A stretch of DNA of 64,000 nucleotides from Bilabrum cf. latius (Eukaryota), in the NCBI GenBank assembly GCA_965178125.1, contig OZ237749.1, positions 806,001 through 870,000 of the forward strand. The letters are read 5' to 3'. This document shows, one piece after another, positions 25,951 to 37,167 of this stretch (within the stretch, counting starts at the first letter, position 1; every line of letters begins with the position of its first letter). Under the pieces are notes generated by a model. It searched no databases, was not told the origin of the DNA, and worked only from the letters and a program-made list of their open reading frames with translations. Position numbers and translations under genes: made by a program.

Positions 25951-28900
25951 TCACCCTTCTTTCTATGTCGCGAAGGGCTGCCACTTGGACACTCGGATGC
26001 GGCGACCGGGCCGTTGCCTCGGGTCTGCGAACCTGCGCTGGGGTGGCTGCGGGGGCACTGCACCTTGAGTGGCGGACGATGCCGCACCTCCTGTCCTCGC
26101 AAAGCGCATCGAGGACCGAAGCGGAGAGACCTGGATCGTCTTTACGGCGCTGCCACCCTCATGCCTGGGAGGCGGAGACGGTGAGCGGCAGGCTCGCGAT
26201 GAAGCGTCCCGCCCGGCTGCGGCCTGGCTGTGTTCGCTTCGGGCCCTCGGCTGCCCGACCCCACCAGTGCCGGACGACCCATCGTCGATTGGCGCGCTGG
26301 AGTGTTCCCCCGAGCTGCCCTCTCCAAGTACCGGTGGACCCGACCCGGTCGGGGAGCGCCCCACGATTCGCACCACGGGACCCTCGGGAGGTGCAGAGCC
26401 AGGGACGGGGATCGCGCCGATGCTGCCAGGAGCAAGAGCAGCAGGCATCACCCCATGGCTGCGGTGGCCGTTTGGTCGCCCGGCATGCCTTTCCTGCACC
26501 TCGGCTTCTTCCTGTTCGAGCTGCCGCCGCTCCCCGATCGCCTGACCGATCACATCCGTCCACGCGATGCCGCACATGGCCGACACGTCCCGGATCCAGG
26601 CCGGGAGGGAGGCTGCAGCTGCGAATGACACGGCCGACGCAGAGGACATCGAAGAGGTCTGGGATCGTATGCATCTCTCGGCTGCGGGGCGCAGCGCGCT
26701 GCTGATTGCCAGGACCGCGTCGCGGATTGCCTTGGCAAGGAACGGACCCCCGATCGCGAGCAGCACAGCAACGCAGTCGAGCACGATGCCGTCGCTCCCG
26801 TGGGCGGGAGACGGGGATTCGTGCGGCTGCTCCGCCCCTGCGACCTGAACGCGCCCGTCCCGCTTGGCCTCGGCATGCTGCTGCTCTGCATCGATGCAGT
26901 CGAGGAGCACTGCCAGCGCCCATCTGGCCGGGCCTCTCGCAGCGGTTATAGTGCTCTCGTGCATGCTGGCGGCAGAGGTCCTCCCAATTGATGTAGACGG
27001 AGCCACAGCGCCAACATCGGTACCGGCTGCTGCACCTATCGCTGACGAGCTGCCGGCCAGGAGCACTTCGGCCGAGCTGAAGGAGGACCGGACCTGCGCT
27101 AGCCCGCTAGGCCGGGACAATCCGCGCTAGTAGGAGGAGGAAGAGGAAGATGCCGATGCCAGGACTCGGTCAAAGGACGAGCGCGCCGTGTCGCTCGCCA
27201 GCCTGCCGCCCCTGCGCCGCAAGAAGGCTCGCTGCTCCACGGCAGGCTGGTCGCCGCGGTGCGCGTAACCGCCGAAGCGCCCACGGATGTTGTCGGCCAG
27301 CTACGGCCTATCGCGGCTGGTCGCACCACTGTTGCGCGGTCTGCCGCTCGCGGGCAGCGTCTTTGACAGCCAGCCCGCAGCGGTCGCTGAGCTGGGCCCG
27401 ATCGAGTGCACAACGTCTCGTCTGCGCGGCGGCGGGGACAGAAACTCGAGCAGCTGCCCCGCAGATGCAGCCTTGGCCTTGGGTCCGCTCCCCGCAGCTG
27501 GAGCCACGGAGCACCGCTGCTGCTGCTGCTGCTGCCCATCGGAGCAAGGAGGAGCAGGGCTGCCAGCGCCCAGGTGGCGGTGCCCTGGGCCGCGTCTCGC
27601 TCCCATGGAGCTGCGCCTCCTCTGCCTTGCTGCAGCCAGCATGTCGCGGAGCAGGCCGCGGCCCGGCTCGCCGCGGTTGGGCCGACTCTGATCTTCTCGT
27701 CTCTCTGCGTGGGTCTTGGCGTCTGCGGATGCTGCAGGCAGCTTTGGCGGTGGAATGTTCACCAACGGGGGGTCATCTACCGCAGCCGTGCGGGGACTCT
27801 TGGTCGCCGCACCTGGAGAGCTGAACGGTGGTGTCTGCAGCTGCTGCCTCTTTTGATTTGGTTCGAGGGGGCGGTTCATGCGCGCTGCCAGCATCGCAGC
27901 CAAGAACGAGCAGAAGAACTGCCGGGCCAGCGACTGCGAGAGTCCTTCGACGCGGCCGCCCTAGCGGAAAGGGGCAACGGCTGGAGTCGCTGGTGAGCAC
28001 CCACCAGCGCTCGCATCGTCCCACTTGCGCGCTCTCTGGCGCAGCACGCCCAGTGTGCCTACCATGGGCCTCTCTGCGGTCATGCCCACGAGGGCGCGGA
28101 CCACTGTGGCGGGTGACGCGCCAGCCAAGCGCATTTTCTTGGCTCGAGCCAACAGCGTCCTCCCTCCGGCATGCAAAGCAGCGGGGGCAATGGGGCTGCC
28201 TGCTGCTCCTGCTGCTCCCGCCGGACTGGGCGCGCCCTCTGGGTGTTCGACGTCGAGCGCCAGGACGCGCAACACCGCTGGCACGAAGCAGCCGGCGCTG
28301 CCGTGGCCCAGCCCCCCCGCGCGATAGGTGCCCACAGCTGCAAGCCACGCCGTTCGTGCGACCAATCCCCTCGGAGCCTCTTCTCCCCGCGTGGCGAGGC
28401 CCAGAATCGGTAGGTCTGCGCGAGCCAATGGAGACGATGTATGCGGCCAGAACCGCGCCCTGCCCGCCGTTACGAGGCCCTCGACGGAGCGGACGAACGG
28501 ATCCACCACACGTACGAATGCAGTGCGCGCGGGTATTTCCTCCCAGTGCCTTGTCGCTATCCGTGCCAGGAGCTGGTGTGCTGGTTCCCTGGCCTAGAGT
28601 GACGACCGGGAGCCTGGGCTGCTGCTGCCCCGCTTGCCGGCAGCCGCTGCGGCGAGGCTGGTCCTGCTGCGACTGTCACACTGTCGGGCGTTGGACAGCG
28701 CATGACCGAGCACAGTCGCAATGCCACTCATGAAGGTGTTGGACGAGTCAGTACCGTGCGATGATGTCGGGCTAGCAACCCCTGCAGCCAACTCTTTGGA
28801 AATCGCGCCGTGTATCCAGGCGGCGAGCACATGGGCGGCACCGGACCTGGTTGCATGGAGAATCTCATGGTGCGGGGCATCCAGCTTTGGCCGGCGAAGC

Positions 28901-30195
28901 ATAGCGTGGCTCGCTGCAGCCCTGGTGTTGCTTGGTATGCCCCAACCGCATATTTCTGCTAGGGCCAGTTGCAGGCACATATGTGTGCGTGCGGACGCTT
29001 GCTGCAGTCGATCCATGTCAGCTGGTGTGCCCGCCCTCTTGGCTTTCCCTGCTGCATGTGTATGCGACATGATCGGATCTCCTACGCGCATCATCCACTC
29101 TACGAATCCTAGAGCAGCGCCGCTCCTCTCTGCACTGACGCATATGGCGCTCTTGTCCCACTTTGCCGAAGGGGCTGGTTCACCCTACTGCTCTGTTTTG
29201 GGCGAAGCGCCGTTGCCATGGCCCCGAAGCCCGCTCCTAATCGCCTTGCAAACTGATAGCATCGCCCTCTTCAGTGCCTCCCACGTGTCTCTTCTCCTTA
29301 TGGCCAGCAGCAGCGAGTGCGCCCCGTGCTCCACGGTGCCTCGTGACCCGGCCAGCAGCACGCCCGCCAGCGATAGCATATCGTCGAGAGACGCAGGGAT
29401 GGCCTCTTGAGCCTATTCGAGCAAGCTGTGAAGAGAATTAGTGCTATGCACGCACAGAGATCGCAGCAACTGGCTGAATAAGGCAGCCAGTTCCAGTTCA
29501 CGCAGTCCCGGCGGCTGTTCCGCTTGAGGCAGGCCTGGGGACATCTGCTCTCTGCCTGTCTCCATGATCGGCAAGAGAAGGGATCGGAACAGCGCCTCTT
29601 TAGTGACATGGCTACACCCCCACAAAAGCAATCGGATGCAGTCCTTTCTGCCGAGCGTACTGTGAATGGAGAAGCAGCACAGAACCGAAGCCAAGCCCTG
29701 CTGCTCGAGATCGGGTATCGGGCTACCTGCATTAGAACCAAGCAGCCAAGCCTTGAACAATTCCCAAGAGTCATTACTCCCTTCAGTCGATCTTGACAGC
29801 CTAACTCCGATGTCAGCGATGCATGCGCAGGCCCGAAGCGCGATTTGTCTTCGTCGGGAGGCCAAGCACGGCGTCAGCAGGGAGAGCAACTGTCGCGAAT
29901 CTGCCAGAGATTGTATATGCTACGAAGCATGTATTTGCTATAGCTCAGACAACAGGCTTCCTATTCTTGCTTCACTCTCCTGCATGCTGAAACTATGGCC
30001 TTTTCTTGTTCGTAGTCGTTGGAGTCTGCCCTCGATAGTGACCTCATTTTCGATTCCTTCCCTGGGCAACAGCACTTCTGTAGCGGCTCGGTCATCTATA
30101 TCAAAGATACTTTTAATCGCAGCGTGTATTCTTTGCTTCATATTTGCATTAGTACCGAGCGGAGCGCTCTTCGTTGCGAGGTGGTTGCGTGCCAT
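25951..30195 (-). CDS. Hypothetical ~1,414-aa Ala/Leu-rich helical protein (single frame with 9 TAG)
   Basis: Seven track ORFs (29938, 29413, 29185, 28594, 27961, 27301, 25963) share a frame and end in TAG; linkers contain no TAA or TGA; first TGA at 25951-25953. Start codon uncertain. Confidence 0.7.
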
Positions 30196-30259
30196 TCCTT
30201 TCACAAATCCGAATTTGCCGGCAATCCGTTGCGCAAGGATCGTCTATTCGCACAGAGTC

Positions 30260-33200
30260 ATGAGTACGAAAGAGTCTGTTTCTTTGGCCGAAGGATGGGT
30301 TCATCTTAAAGAGCGTTTGAGGCAAGCAGCATTCAGAGAGGGCGGTAGACAAGAGCTGAAGCGCATTCTTGACCGGTTGCAGTTGGATGCAGAAGAAAGC
30401 CTCGGCAAGGAGCCGGTACGCCAAGGCGTTGGAATTGTTCCGGCGCCTCGGGTGGTTGAATCGATTGAAAGGTTCTGCCAGGCTAGGCTACTTGATGGCG
30501 AAATCAGTGCTCTATTGCGGAAAGTTGGGGACAAGTTGGGCGGCCCGAATCTAAATGTTGCTAAGCTATGGAGACTCTTGGGGATCGATCCGCCGCCATC
30601 TTACGTAGATCCAGTCAAATAGTCAGCACCATAGCTCCCGCAGCCCTGGCGAATGTGCTCCGAGATAGGGGCGGAGATCATCGACAAGGCGTTCGAGGCT
30701 GCGCTAAACAGGGAGGCTTCGCCTGCCCTGCAGCAACACCGCAGGAATATGGTATCGCTTCGGCCCGTTTCAGCGTGGACACCAACATTTGGTGGGACTC
30801 CGCGCACGCATAGGGCGGTTGCAGCACTGCAGGTGCTCCGCCGCGCTCGCTTCGACGGCATCGAGTCTCGCATCCCTAGGCGAAAGCGCAGGGCATTGCA
30901 GCGCGCCCTGCTGGACAGACAGGAATCTGAGCTGGGCTGGGGCCGCCTCTGGATGGCTGCTGCTTTCTAGCGCGCCTCGCCGGCAGTCTTCGACAGGGAT
31001 GCTTCCGACGGCCCTGCAGCAGCAGCCGGCAGTGCCAGTGCCAGTGGGGGCAGTGGCAGTGCCACAATCGGTGCACCGTTTGCTGGCAGCAGCAGCAGCA
31101 GCAGCAGCAGTACTGCAGATGACGCTGGCAAGGACGGGCTGAACATGTGGGAGCGGTTGCTGGGGCACCCGGAACAGGTGGTGGGCGCCTCACTGAGCCC
31201 CGACGGGTCCTCGTGCGTCGTGGTGTGCGCGGACGGGACAGCCTGTCTGCTCGATCTCAGATCCGTGTCGGGTCAGGGCGGTGGGGGCAGGGGTGGTATG
31301 GACTCACCTGGGGGATACGGTGGACGGGCAGGTGCCCGGCGGTTCGGATCGTTTGGCAATGACAGCAACGGGCCAGACGATGGGTTGGAGGAGGAGGAGG
31401 AGGAGGAGGACGACGGGCCCATGGTGGTGGCCTACATGCGGCTGTTCCCCAGAGGTGCCGACTGGAGGGTCCTCTCTGCAGCAGATCGAATGGTTCCGCC
31501 CAGCCGCGATGGTGGCGGCGCCGCGACAGCGGAACATGCCACGATAGACGCGCTGGGTGCCGCTAACCCTCTGCTGGAGCAGTGCAGGCCGGCTCACGCA
31601 CCTACGCAACCAGCTAGAGCTGGAGCGGGCTACCGGAAGGACGGCAAAGAGTCCAGGGCGAGTGGAGACAAGCGGAAGCAGACGTCGCCGTCGAAATCGG
31701 GGGCCGCAGATTCGGACGACTCGGGTGATGATGAGGACGAGGACGAGGGCGAGGAGGAGGAGCTAGAGGAGCACCCCGGCACCGTCCCGCACCCGCCTTT
31801 GCTCTGGCCTGTGGAGACCAAGTAGCGAGGCCTGCTCCTCGCCGTCACGGCGGCAGTCTGCGGTCCTGGCAAAGACGTACCCACGGGTGCTGGGATCGTG
31901 CCAGACCACGCCTCGCTCCCTGCCGGCAGCAGCGGCGGCAGCATCGGTGGATCCTCACCGCGCTCCTCGACCAAGTCGAGCCCAAGGACCGCAGGGAAAG
32001 GGAAGGGAAAAGGCAGCAAAGGCAGCCCCCGCAAGGGCTCTCCCCGGAACCTCAAGCAGTCTTCTCCCAGGCCGGGCACCGGCGAGGCCGATTCGGGCGA
32101 TGGTCAGGACGGGAGTGGAGAATAGATCTGGCTGGAGACTAGGGTGTTTCACCTGTCAGCAGATCTCCTGAGCGGGGTGGGCGTTGGCCCCAAAGCCACG
32201 GAGTCTTGCATCGGCGGCCCTGAGTGGCTCGCTTTCGCCGGTAGCGTGGGCCGTCGCGCGGAGAGGGTAGGCACGCCGGTCGGCACGATGGGCGATGGTC
32301 GAGGCGGGGCCGGAGCTGCGAGCGCGTTCCGGACGAGCCAGTTCTCTGTATCCCTGCGTGGTGGTTCCTCAGATCCCGACGGGGGTGGCGGGCACCTTCC
32401 CGGCATGGAGGGTCCGGAGGAAACGCCCTCTGACGCGTGTCTTGGCCTCGCCGTGCCGGAGGGCGGCTGGGACAGGCCACACACAGAGGTAGGGCCCGAC
32501 GCAGCGGGGGCGCAGCTCGCCCCCCTTGCTCTTCCTGGCTATCTGCAGTCGCTGCATGCGAGTGCGAAACCTACCGGCTCCTCGTCATCACCGTCGATGC
32601 TGCTGCTGCACGGGGGTGGGTCGGACTCCGAAGGAGGAGGCTCCGCTGTGGGCTCGTACGCTCACTGGCACGTGAGGCTACTTTGCAGGACGTTCTCGCC
32701 TGTGCGGAACTTCAGTTCCATCGACGACGCCGCGGACCTGCTGGACAGGCCCCCTGTTCTGAAGCTGTCTCGGTGTGGCGCATGGCTCGGCATGGTGGAC
32801 CGGTCCTCTAGGAAGCTGGCGGGAGATGGCGTGCTCACCGCGTGGCACCTGCCGCTTGAGGCGATCCGGCCCCGGGCATCGCCCCCGCGCAGGGACAGGG
32901 ATGCGGAGAGCAAGGCCATCACCAGGGCAATGCTGCAGCTGGACGAGTCTGAGCTGGGCGCGGCAGGAGGCGAGGGCGAGGGCGAGGGAGAGTCAAAGGA
33001 GGACGAAGTGGACGAGAGCTCCTCGTCATCGAGCGAGGACGAAGGGGGTGCAGGGGGGCTCGGTGGAGGAGGCGGGGGATCCTTCGAAGAGGGTGAGGAA
33101 CTGGATCCGCTGGCGGCAGCCAAGGCCAGGATCGAGTCCAGGATCCGACGCGCGCCCGCCGGCCTCTGGGTGCCTGCCGCCCCTCTCGTGCCCTCCGTGA

Positions 33201-35953
33201 TCGTGACGAATCGCGGCTGCGGCCGACCAGTCGTGCTCCGACAAGACCTTGAAAAGCAGCAGTAGGAGTCCGTTGCTCCGGCGAGTGGCTCTGGCGAGTC
33301 CAAGCAGGCTGATGATTCGGACGCGACAAGCGACAGTGCCTCGGGATCTGCAGAGCTATCCGCTGCTGCATCGCTTGATGACACCTCCGACGTGTTCTTC
33401 GACTTTGCCACCAACGCGTACTGCCCGGTGGGCATCCCGGGCGCGTACTGCGACAGTCCGCTGGGCACAGGCGGGGACGAGGAAGGGTAGGGCGGGCTGA
33501 TCGGGGCGGGTGGAACTGCATACGCTGGCAGCGTGGCGGGCGGGCGATCGGTCGGTGGTGGCAGCAGCGCTCGCGGGGGTTCCAGCGGCGGCTCTGTGTT
33601 TGGGGGTGCCAGCAGCGTGGGTGGCGGCAGCAAGGGTAAGGGTGGGCCCGGGTCTGTCGCCGGAAGCAGGGCGGGTAGCGTGGGCGGAGCTTCGGTGGGG
33701 TCCGTGGGATCCGCGTACTAGAGGAGAAAACGCTTCGTGTCTGCCCTGCCCCCGCTGCCTCCGGCTCCCACGCCTGTGGGCGAGCCGCGCACGTTCGGCC
33801 TCATCTGCGCGTGGCTTCCAGACGCCGTCTCAATTGCACGGGCCCGACAGGCGCAGCAGCGCGGGGATGTTGACGCGAGCGGCCAGGCTGTGCTGCGGGC
33901 AGCTGCATCCGCGCAGCAAATCCTCGCGTGTGGCCTGCCCGCCGCATCGCGTGCCTCTAGTGGGGCGGGGGAGGCGCTCGCCCACAGCGGTTCTGGTGCC
34001 GGTGATTGGCTGGTCGCCGAGGCCGCCGACTTGCACCACCCGTTGCGCTCGCATCGCGCTGCCTTTGACAGTCTCGTTTCGGGGAGGGCGGCAGCCGCAG
34101 CACCACGGGGTGGTGCCGATGTTGGTGCTGGCCCGGATGGGGTGGTTGAAGGCGATGCATCGAGCCCTGGCCAGCCCAACGCCCCGCCTGTTCTTCTTCG
34201 CAGCGGCGCTGCAGCGCTGTCCGCAGAAGGGAGAGCAGCACCAGGGGTGACCTCGCGGCCTGGCTAGGCCTATGAAGAAGCAGCCGCGATGCACGAGTGT
34301 CCTGGCGCGACGTCCGCAAGCAAGTGGCGCATGCTGTCAGGCGCCGCGACCTGCGCTGCCACTGCCGTGCCGGGCTCTCTCGACTCCATCGGGGTGGGGG
34401 CAAGCAGGGCCGGGGGGGCCTTGCTGGTGCGTGCTGCTGCCCACGCGGGCGCGGCGCCCGGCACGCTCCCTGCGGAACTGGCCCAGCTGCCCGGGGCGGC
34501 GGCGTGGGGCTGGGGCTCGCCCGACTTCGCGCTGGCTCTCGGGTCTGAGAGCGGCGGGGCCGAGCTGGTTGCAGTCCGGGGCACTGCAGGGGGCAGGATC
34601 TCGCTGTCTGCGGCCGCTGGGCCGGCACTCAGCGGAGTTTCCGCGGTGGGCGCAGATGCAGCTCCTCTTGTCAGGATCGGGCTTCGTGGGGGCGCTGGGG
34701 GGCGGCTTTGGGGCTCTGCGGTTGCGACCGATGGTCGGGTGCTCACCTGGGCGCCGCGCTTCGGGTTGGCCGCGCGGCTGCGGAACCGGCAGGGACACGC
34801 GGCCGCGCTGCCCCCCGACGGTGGCGAGTGGGGCCTGGAGGACCTGGGGAACAACGAGGCGGAGGCCGGGGGCGCGCTGGCGGGGCTTGGTCCCCTGGCG
34901 AGGCCTCGATGGTCTAGAAAGGATGGGCTGGGCGGTGTGACGAGGAGTGCTTGGAGCAGTGGCCTGGCTGGGTCCAGGTGCTCTGTCGGCCTGCTTGGGA
35001 CCATGCCACCGGTGGGATCCTCGGAAATCGACGACCCCGCGGCCCCGCTGGTACTGACCATAGGGCCCCCCGCGTCTGGTGGGCCTGGTAGGACCGGCCG
35101 GGGAGAGGGGCTGGCTGCGTTCGCGTGCGACGGTGCGACCGGGGAGTTGCTTGGCTGGGACGATCGCGTGGCAGGGGCGGCTCCACGCGGACAGTCGCGG
35201 GCGAATCCAAATGCTGGCGTGTGCGTCAGGGCCATAGAGGCCGAGGACCTGGTGCTGGTGCGGGTCATGGGGCGCGCGGGCCGGAAGGCTGCAGGTGGTG
35301 GCGCTTCTGCTGCTGCACCTGCGCTGCGGCTGTACACTCTCCTCTCTCTGTGCGAGCAGGCGGAAGCGGCTGCAAGGGCGAGGCGCGTGGGAGTGGAGCG
35401 GGCGGCTCGGCAGCGCAGGAGGCTCTCGAGCACGGGTGCGATACCAGTATCCAAGATGGAAGGAGGTGGGGTGGGCATGGTGGACGGGTTACAGCTGCCT
35501 GGGTCCATGGCGGGGCCATCTTTGGCTGGGATGCACGGGGGGGTCTCCATACCCACGGGGGGTGGTATCCACGGGGGAACCCCTGGTTTGTCAGGGACGC
35601 AGGGTGGCGGGGGCGGGGGCGGCCTCGCCAGGTCTGTCGTAAGGAGACAGGCAGGAGGCGGCGCCGTGAGCGCGGCTGCGGGCGGGGGGCTGGGGGACAA
35701 GGCTAGGGAGCAGCTCGCCGCCGCTCTAGGGGGCGCTCCAGAGCCCACCTTTGAGACGTCTGGGGAGGCAGCGGTTGCAACTTCGGATGCTGTGCTGCAG
35801 CTGAGTGCATTCGGGACCTTCGGTAGTCCGGGTGCGTCTGGGGTGGCGGCTGTCGCAGCCAGTGATCTTGGGAGGAGGCTGTGGCGCGGAGCACTAGCGG
35901 CAAAGCAAACCGAGGACTTGGACGAGCTGGAGGCTATGTTTGAAAGCAATTGA
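30260..35953 (+). CDS. ~1,897-aa protein with a WDR93-like N-terminal motif and long low-complexity insertions
   Basis: Eight same-frame ORF pieces joined across 9 TAG codons; ends TGA. *LPQPWRMCSEIGAEIIDKAFEAA resembles the WDR93 LPQPYRMINKL motif; WD-like LLGHPEQVVGASLSPDGSSCVVVCADGTACLLD. Confidence 0.6.
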
Positions 35954-36028
35954 TCTTGCCAGTGGTGGGAAGAAGAGCTCCGGATTACCGGTTTTTTTGC
36001 TTGTCAAAAAAACGATCATACACAAGCA

Positions 36029-36934
36029 ATGCTGAAACCATCCGTTGCTGCGACCTGGTAGTGGGTTGATCAATTTGTCTTGAGACATGCACTGTGCCCG
36101 TTCGCCAAACGACCTTGGAAGCACGGAATGGTTAGAGTCGCTGCAAGGCAACTGCAACCGCGGACCTCGCGACATAGAAGAGCGCAAGACCGCGAATGGC
36201 TGCCGGCTCTGCAAGCCGAAGTAGATATATTGTAGTCGTTGCAGCCATCATAGTTGAGCAACACGCTCTTGGCAATTCCTGGCAGCTCCTTAGCTAGTTT
36301 CAGCAAGTTTCATGATGTAGCGAAGCGGGCCAAGGAGTGGCTCGCTGAGGAAGGCCCCCGGTGCACATCTGATAGAACGAAAGCGGCATATCACCTAGCG
36401 TTCTTCCATCCACGCCTACGGTTTGGTGACTCGATAGAACCGGCGGACCACTACGTCGGGAAATCGCCATTCCCTGTGCTGCACTTGCTGAGGTCCCCAG
36501 AGTTGAAGGATGCCGAGTAGTCGACTGACTTGAGAGCCATATCTTTGAGGAACATGTAGAGCCTGCGCTCCGTTGATTCATCTGCCGAGGGCACGGAAGA
36601 TTCCGATGCCTTGCCACAGTTGGTGGAGACTTTTCTGGGTGCCTCGTTCGGCGGGCTGTGCCCTGATGATGTCGCTGTTAGTTCCACATCTACCGAAGAA
36701 GGCGCTAATATGCATCAGTAGCATCGTGGTCGCCGCGTTCGGAAGCTTGGTCGCCGCAGACGCCCTGCTCCTGGCAGCTTCGATGCCCTGGACGAGGCCG
36801 ACGCGGTCGTGGCGATCAACAGCTCCAATCCCATCCTAAGGGGCGAATTGGCGACTCAAGAATAGGAGTGGCTCGGAAGGCATGCGGAGGCTCTTCGAAA
36901 GGTACTCACGCTGGAGCACTAGAGGAAGAACTGA
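36029..36934 (+). CDS. DUF1415-family protein (301 aa, intronless, 8 in-frame TAG)
   Basis: ATW*WVDQFVLRHALCPFAKRP, YHLAFFHP, KSPFPVLHLLR and ISLRNM*SL match DUF1415 motifs (T..W...V.GLNLCPFA, FHP, RSPYP.LHLLRE). Only a fragment appears in the ORF track because of the TAGs. Confidence 0.75.
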
Positions 36935-37167
36935 CGAGCACCCTGGCACTGTGCACCTGGCATGACCCACCTGGTGGGCAGGCCTACGATGTATAGACGC
37001 AGTCCCGAGGCGGCGTTACCTGAGCTACAAGGTTCATTTAGTTTTATCCTGGCTCGGCCAGCAGGCCAATATCACCCCCAGGCATGCAAGCATGCATGTC
37101 TGCGCCTGCAGTTTTCATCCGGAGCACTGGCAACAGCCGCCACGCTTCTGCTTCAGCTTGAAGCACC

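Noticed and set aside
31086-31110. (GCA)n tract and similar triplet runs at ~27515, ~31389 and ~56290
   Set aside because: Ordinary poly-Ser, poly-Gln or poly-Glu coding tracts.
25794-35949. Many long overlapping opposite-strand or off-frame ORFs (e.g. 34270-35949 -, 29666-30259 +)
   Set aside because: Expected in high-GC coding DNA; explained by the TAG-bridged genes.
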